A stretch of 64,000 bases of DNA from Candidatus Undinarchaeota archaeon (GTDB taxonomy: Archaea; SpSt-1190; JASMDC01), in assembly GCA_964519305.1 (NCBI GenBank), contig CAZFHY010000018.1, positions 11,628 through 75,627 of the forward strand. The letters run 5' to 3'. Both the position numbers and the translations under genes were made by a program. Positions 60,486 to 64,000 of this stretch are shown here, piece by piece (position 1 is the stretch's first letter; each line of letters opens with the position of its first letter). The notes below the pieces were generated by a model. The model searched no databases, was not told the DNA's origin, and was given only the letters and a program-made list of their open reading frames with translations.

Positions 60486-60529
60486 AAAGAAGGAAAAAAG
60501 GTCGGGGGCCCAGCGATGCCAAGCCCCCG
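60486..60529 (-). terminator. 12-bp hairpin plus T-tract
   Basis: Minus strand CGGGGGCUUGGC-AUC-GCUGGGCCCCCG then UUUUUU; the G-U pairs form only on the minus strand. Confidence 0.65.
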
Positions 60530-60677
60530 GGGGAAGGAATCCAAAAGAGCATGATATGGTATGGAAGGTCACTGGTCTTTTTCTCAACGATGATGGACCG
60601 CTTCACGCGGTCCGGGTCTCACACTGTCTCTAGAATAGCATAGCTGATTATTAAGGTTTCCCTTTAGCGTCGGCGAC

Positions 60678-63600
60678 CTACTTGCGCAGCTCCTCTTCAA
60701 TGAGCCGTCGCTGTACAGCGACCGAGACCTGGTTCACGAAGGTCTCGACCAGGTCGGCGTCCTTGAGCGTGTTATCTCCCCTGAGCACGAACGTGACCGA
60801 GCCGAACAGCCGGTCCTCACGGACCAATCCCATCCCGTACATCTGGCCCATGTTGATGAGCTTCTCGATCTTGGTGCACACCTGCTTCGGGACAGACTCG
60901 CAGGAGAGCTCATGCAGACCACCTTCTATGATCTGTAGCGTTCCCTCCTTCAACCCATCCCTCGCGGAGGGGATAATGGGGATGATCATCCCTTCCGGTT
61001 CGCGCCCGAGGAGCTCGGTCAGCTTGCGAGCCTTCTTTCCTAGCCCGAGAGCCACTCGGCAGGTGAAGCTCTCGCTCTCGTCGTCGTACGAGTTGATGAA
61101 CACGACGCTGTCGCCTACAAGCTCGTTGAGCTGTTCACCGATGTACCTCCAGATGTCGTCCTCGGGACCGAGCTGCACGAAGCCCATGGCCGTCCGCGAG
61201 AGGAACTCGAGACCGTTCTTGGCGTCCTCGAGCTCAGCAGTCCGCTCCTTGACGACGTTCTCCAGGGTCCTGCGGAAGTCATGGAGCTCCTTCTCGATGA
61301 TCTTCCGCTCGGTGATGTCCCTCAGGCTCGAGATCTCCCCGACTACCTTACCATCCTTCCGGACAGAGGACGCGGAGATCTCCACAGTGAGCCTCGTGCC
61401 CTTCTTGGTCTTGATGTCCACCTCATAGGGCGGAATATTCTTACCCAGCATTCTCTTCTTGAAGTTGGCGACGATGCGGGCGAGGCTCGTCGGAGGGAAA
61501 ATGCCTAGGTCTTGGATCCGTTTTCCGATGAGGTCTTCTTCGGTGAATCCGGAGATGTCGGTCACGGCCTTATTCATTCTGATGAGCTTGCCCGTGGAGT
61601 CGAGCAGTACCAGCGCGTCTATTGTGCTTTCGAAGATGGAAGTGAGCTGGTGTTCGTTCTCTTTTAAAGCTTCCTCGGCCTTCTTGCGTTCTATAACGTT
61701 CCCCAGGAGCTTCGCGATAGCATTGATTAGCTTCCGCTCCTCTGTAAGGAATGAACCCTCATCGAGATAGGGCATCTTCTTGAGATAGTGTACTTCGACG
61801 AGACCGCCCTTCTTACCAGAGATAATTATGTCGGCAGACTGCATCCACCTGCTCTTCTTGTAGTTCTTGGTGGTGAATTCCTGCCCCCCTAGCACGATGC
61901 GTGCACAGGTGATGTCGGGATACTGCCAGGCAGGCGGGAGCACTTCAACGACCATCTGGAGTAATTCGTGCAACGTTAAGTCTGCCCTGCTGAATAACTG
62001 CGTGATCGTGTAGAGACCGGTCTGCTCCTTGACGCGCTCACCCAGATCGTGCAAGCGCTGCTCCAGTTCTTCCTCGGCCTTTTTTCGCTCGGTGATGTCC
62101 CGCACATAGATGTTGACGTACCCTGCCTTGGGCACCGGAGCGAATTCGAATGAATAGGTCTTATCACTATAAACGAAATCCTCAGAGATCGTCTTGTTCT
62201 TCTTGAGAGACGTCTCTACGAGCTCGTACCATCGCTCGCACAGTGTCCGTTTCCCGACCTTGCATCCGCATATATTGAAAAGGGCCTTGCTCGCATCGTT
62301 CGCATATAGGAGCACCCCCCCCTTTGCTATCCGCATCACCGGATTGGGGTTCTCTGATGGGAAGCGCGAGAGGTTCCGGATCTCCTCCTCGGCCTTCTTG
62401 CGCTCGGTGATGTCCTGCGCATAGACATTGACGTAACCTGCCTTGGGCACCGGAGCGAACACGAATGAGAATGTAGTGGTACCGTACACCATGTCAAGTG
62501 TCATGGTCTTATTCTTTTGGAGGCACTCCTTCGAGGACTGGATCCATTCCTTGCACTTCACCGGTCGACCGACCACACCCCCGCATAGCTCCAGCAGGGG
62601 GCTAGCACCATCGTTCGCATAGATAAGCGTGCATTCCTTGGAAATGCGCAGAACGGGATTGGGATTTTCTGATGGGAAGCGCGATAGGTTCCTGATCTTC
62701 TCCTCCGCCCTCCGACGCTCGGACACGTCGCGCATGATGTTCACGGTCCCCGTGATCCGGTCACCTTTCCTGACGAACCTCGTCCCTACCTCGAGCGTGA
62801 TGGTAGAGCCGTCCTTGCAGGTTATGTCAACGTCATTGAACTCGTCGAGCTCGCCCGTCTCGATGGCCTTCTTGAAGAGCGTGGCAAGTCGGGGCAGGTC
62901 GGTCGCTCTCAGGGCCCCCAGCTTAAGGAAGCTCCTCCCGATGACCTCCTCGGGATCGTATCCCGTCAGATCCTTGAGACGGTCGTTGACATCTACGACA
63001 AGACCGCTCGTATCAACGAATAGAACGATGTCGTTGGAGTTCTCGAAGATGGTGCGGAACTTCTCCTCTGAATCACGCACCCGTTGCTCGCTCTTCGTCC
63101 GCTCGGTGATGTCGTGGGCGATGGTGAACGTGTAGCTCTCGCTCCCGACCTCGAGTTTACGCACTGTCGTCTCCAGTGTGACATAGTTACCGCGGAGCGT
63201 CTTGATGCGGTACTCAAGGTCAGTGATCTCGCTCTCTCCCATGCGCCAGGAGCGCCACGCGTCACGTACCGTCGTCTGGTCGTTTGGATGGATCAGCTCG
63301 GCAGGGTTCTCGAGCATCTCGGGCTTGTAGCCCAGCACCTGCTCCCACATGGGGTTGGCCCACGTGACCTTTCCGTTCTCGTCAGCTATGCTGATGAGGT
63401 CGTGGGCGTTGTCGAACATCACCTTGAAACGCTCCTCGCTCATCTTCATATCGCGGAACAGGAGCTCGTATGGTCTGCGGAGCCCGGTCTCGACGATGGC
63501 CTTGTAGATTAAGTAGAAGGACACGAGCTTTAGGAGGTGGCCGACGAGGTTGGCAGGGCCGTAGGGATCGGAGTACAGGGTGAACGCCAGCTCCTCGGCA

Positions 63601-64000
63601 ACGGTCACTAGTAAGGCCGCAACGAGGAGTCGGTACACGTCCTGCTCAAACGTGAACCGTCGTTTCCGGAGCGTGAGCACAGCACCGATAAGGACCGTGC
63701 AGATGACGTACTCAGAATAGACCTTGAAGGGTGTGAGCCCCTGTCCTTCCACGAAACAGTCGGGGAACACGCCCCAGACGAAGATCGAAGTTAGCAGAAG
63801 GCCGGTGACAACAGCGTACCCGGCGAACAGAGCTCGTGGGTAGGACGACCTCCCGATGGACCGGGCGGCCACGAATATGGAGACGGCCTCGAGGTACCGG
63901 GCAGCGATCCACAGCTGGGTGGGAAGGTTGGCACCTGCGTCAGGGAACACGCCCATGCCCTTGTAGGCGAGGGTGTGGACCATGTCCAGACCACCGACGA
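60678..64000 (-). CDS. MASE3 membrane sensor with multiple PAS domains and a terminal GAF-like domain, no kinase (5' end outside the window)
   Basis: HTLAYKGMGVF..NL.TQLWI.ARY, CFVEGQGLTPFK, GH..K (MASE3); repeated DITERK; stops after VAVQRRLIEEELRK. Confidence 0.88.
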   Translation of the reverse strand, partial: VGGLDMVHTLAYKGMGVFPDAGANLPTQLWIAARYLEAVSIFVAARSIGRSSYPRALFAGYAVVTGLLLTSIFVWGVFPDCFVEGQGLTPFKVYSEYVICTVLIGAVLTLRKRRFTFEQDVYRLLVAALLVTVAEELAFTLYSDPYGPANLVGHLLKLVSFYLIYKAIVETGLRRPYELLFRDMKMSEERFKVMFDNAHDLISIADENGKVTWANPMWEQVLGYKPEMLENPAELIHPNDQTTVRDAWRSWRMGESEITDLEYRIKTLRGNYVTLETTVRKLEVGSESYTFTIAHDITERTKSEQRVRDSEEKFRTIFENSNDIVLFVDTSGLVVDVNDRLKDLTGYDPEEVIGRSFLKLGALRATDLPRLATLFKKAIETGELDEFNDVDITCKDGSTITLEVGTRFVRKGDRITGTVNIMRDVSERRRAEEKIRNLSRFPSENPNPVLRISKECTLIYANDGASPLLELCGGVVGRPVKCKEWIQSSKECLQKNKTMTLDMVYGTTTFSFVFAPVPKAGYVNVYAQDITERKKAEEEIRNLSRFPSENPNPVMRIAKGGVLLYANDASKALFNICGCKVGKRTLCERWYELVETSLKKNKTISEDFVYSDKTYSFEFAPVPKAGYVNIYVRDITERKKAEEELEQRLHDLGERVKEQTGLYTITQLFSRADLTLHELLQMVVEVLPPAWQYPDITCARIVLGGQEFTTKNYKKSRWMQSADIIISGKKGGLVEVHYLKKMPYLDEGSFLTEERKLINAIAKLLGNVIERKKAEEALKENEHQLTSIFESTIDALVLLDSTGKLIRMNKAVTDISGFTEEDLIGKRIQDLGIFPPTSLARIVANFKKRMLGKNIPPYEVDIKTKKGTRLTVEISASSVRKDGKVVGEISSLRDITERKIIEKELHDFRRTLENVVKERTAELEDAKNGLEFLSRTAMGFVQLGPEDDIWRYIGEQLNELVGDSVVFINSYDDESESFTCRVALGLGKKARKLTELLGREPEGMIIPIIPSARDGLKEGTLQIIEGGLHELSCESVPKQVCTKIEKLINMGQMYGMGLVREDRLFGSVTFVLRGDNTLKDADLVETFVNQVSVAVQRRLIEEELRK

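Overview
GC-rich archaeal chromosomal segment. Archaeal markers are the archaeal-type ProRS, Mre11/Rad50, RecJ-like DHH protein, diphthine-ammonia ligase, Nre, TrpY, BRE/TATA promoters and a BHB tRNA intron. The pilus locus and Cys-repeat surface proteins look DPANN-like, but that is my inference. Housekeeping content: proS, mre11-rad50, tRNA-Leu/tRNA-Thr, dph6, nre with a radical SAM gene, a GH31 glucosidase, pgk, gyrBA, class II fba, a trpB2/trpY divergon with TRP boxes, a type IV pilus locus, trmJ, a multi-DsbA protein and two PAS/GAF sensors without output domains. I saw no CRISPR array, rRNA, integrase or transposase. The most unusual observations are: (1) a TadC-type pilus platform protein with a C-terminal Cys-rich domain that recurs 40 kb away as a stand-alone lipoprotein (92/116 aa identical); (2) a 39-nt T-loop (59/60) intron in tRNA-Leu(UAA) whose 5' part mimics the tRNA 3' end; (3) an ungapped 65-bp promoter/operator shared, in inverted orientation, by two unrelated phosphoesterase-type genes; (4) an accessory block at 5.5-11.6 kb with duplicated 6-Cys peptides, an ABC-2 exporter, a GNAT and four divergent paralogous membrane proteins; (5) a stand-alone AglB WWDYG domain, a Dph6-glutamine amidotransferase couple and an unlisted 54-aa Cys4 protein with a PIP-box-like end. 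All family assignments come from motif recognition by eye, not from database searches.
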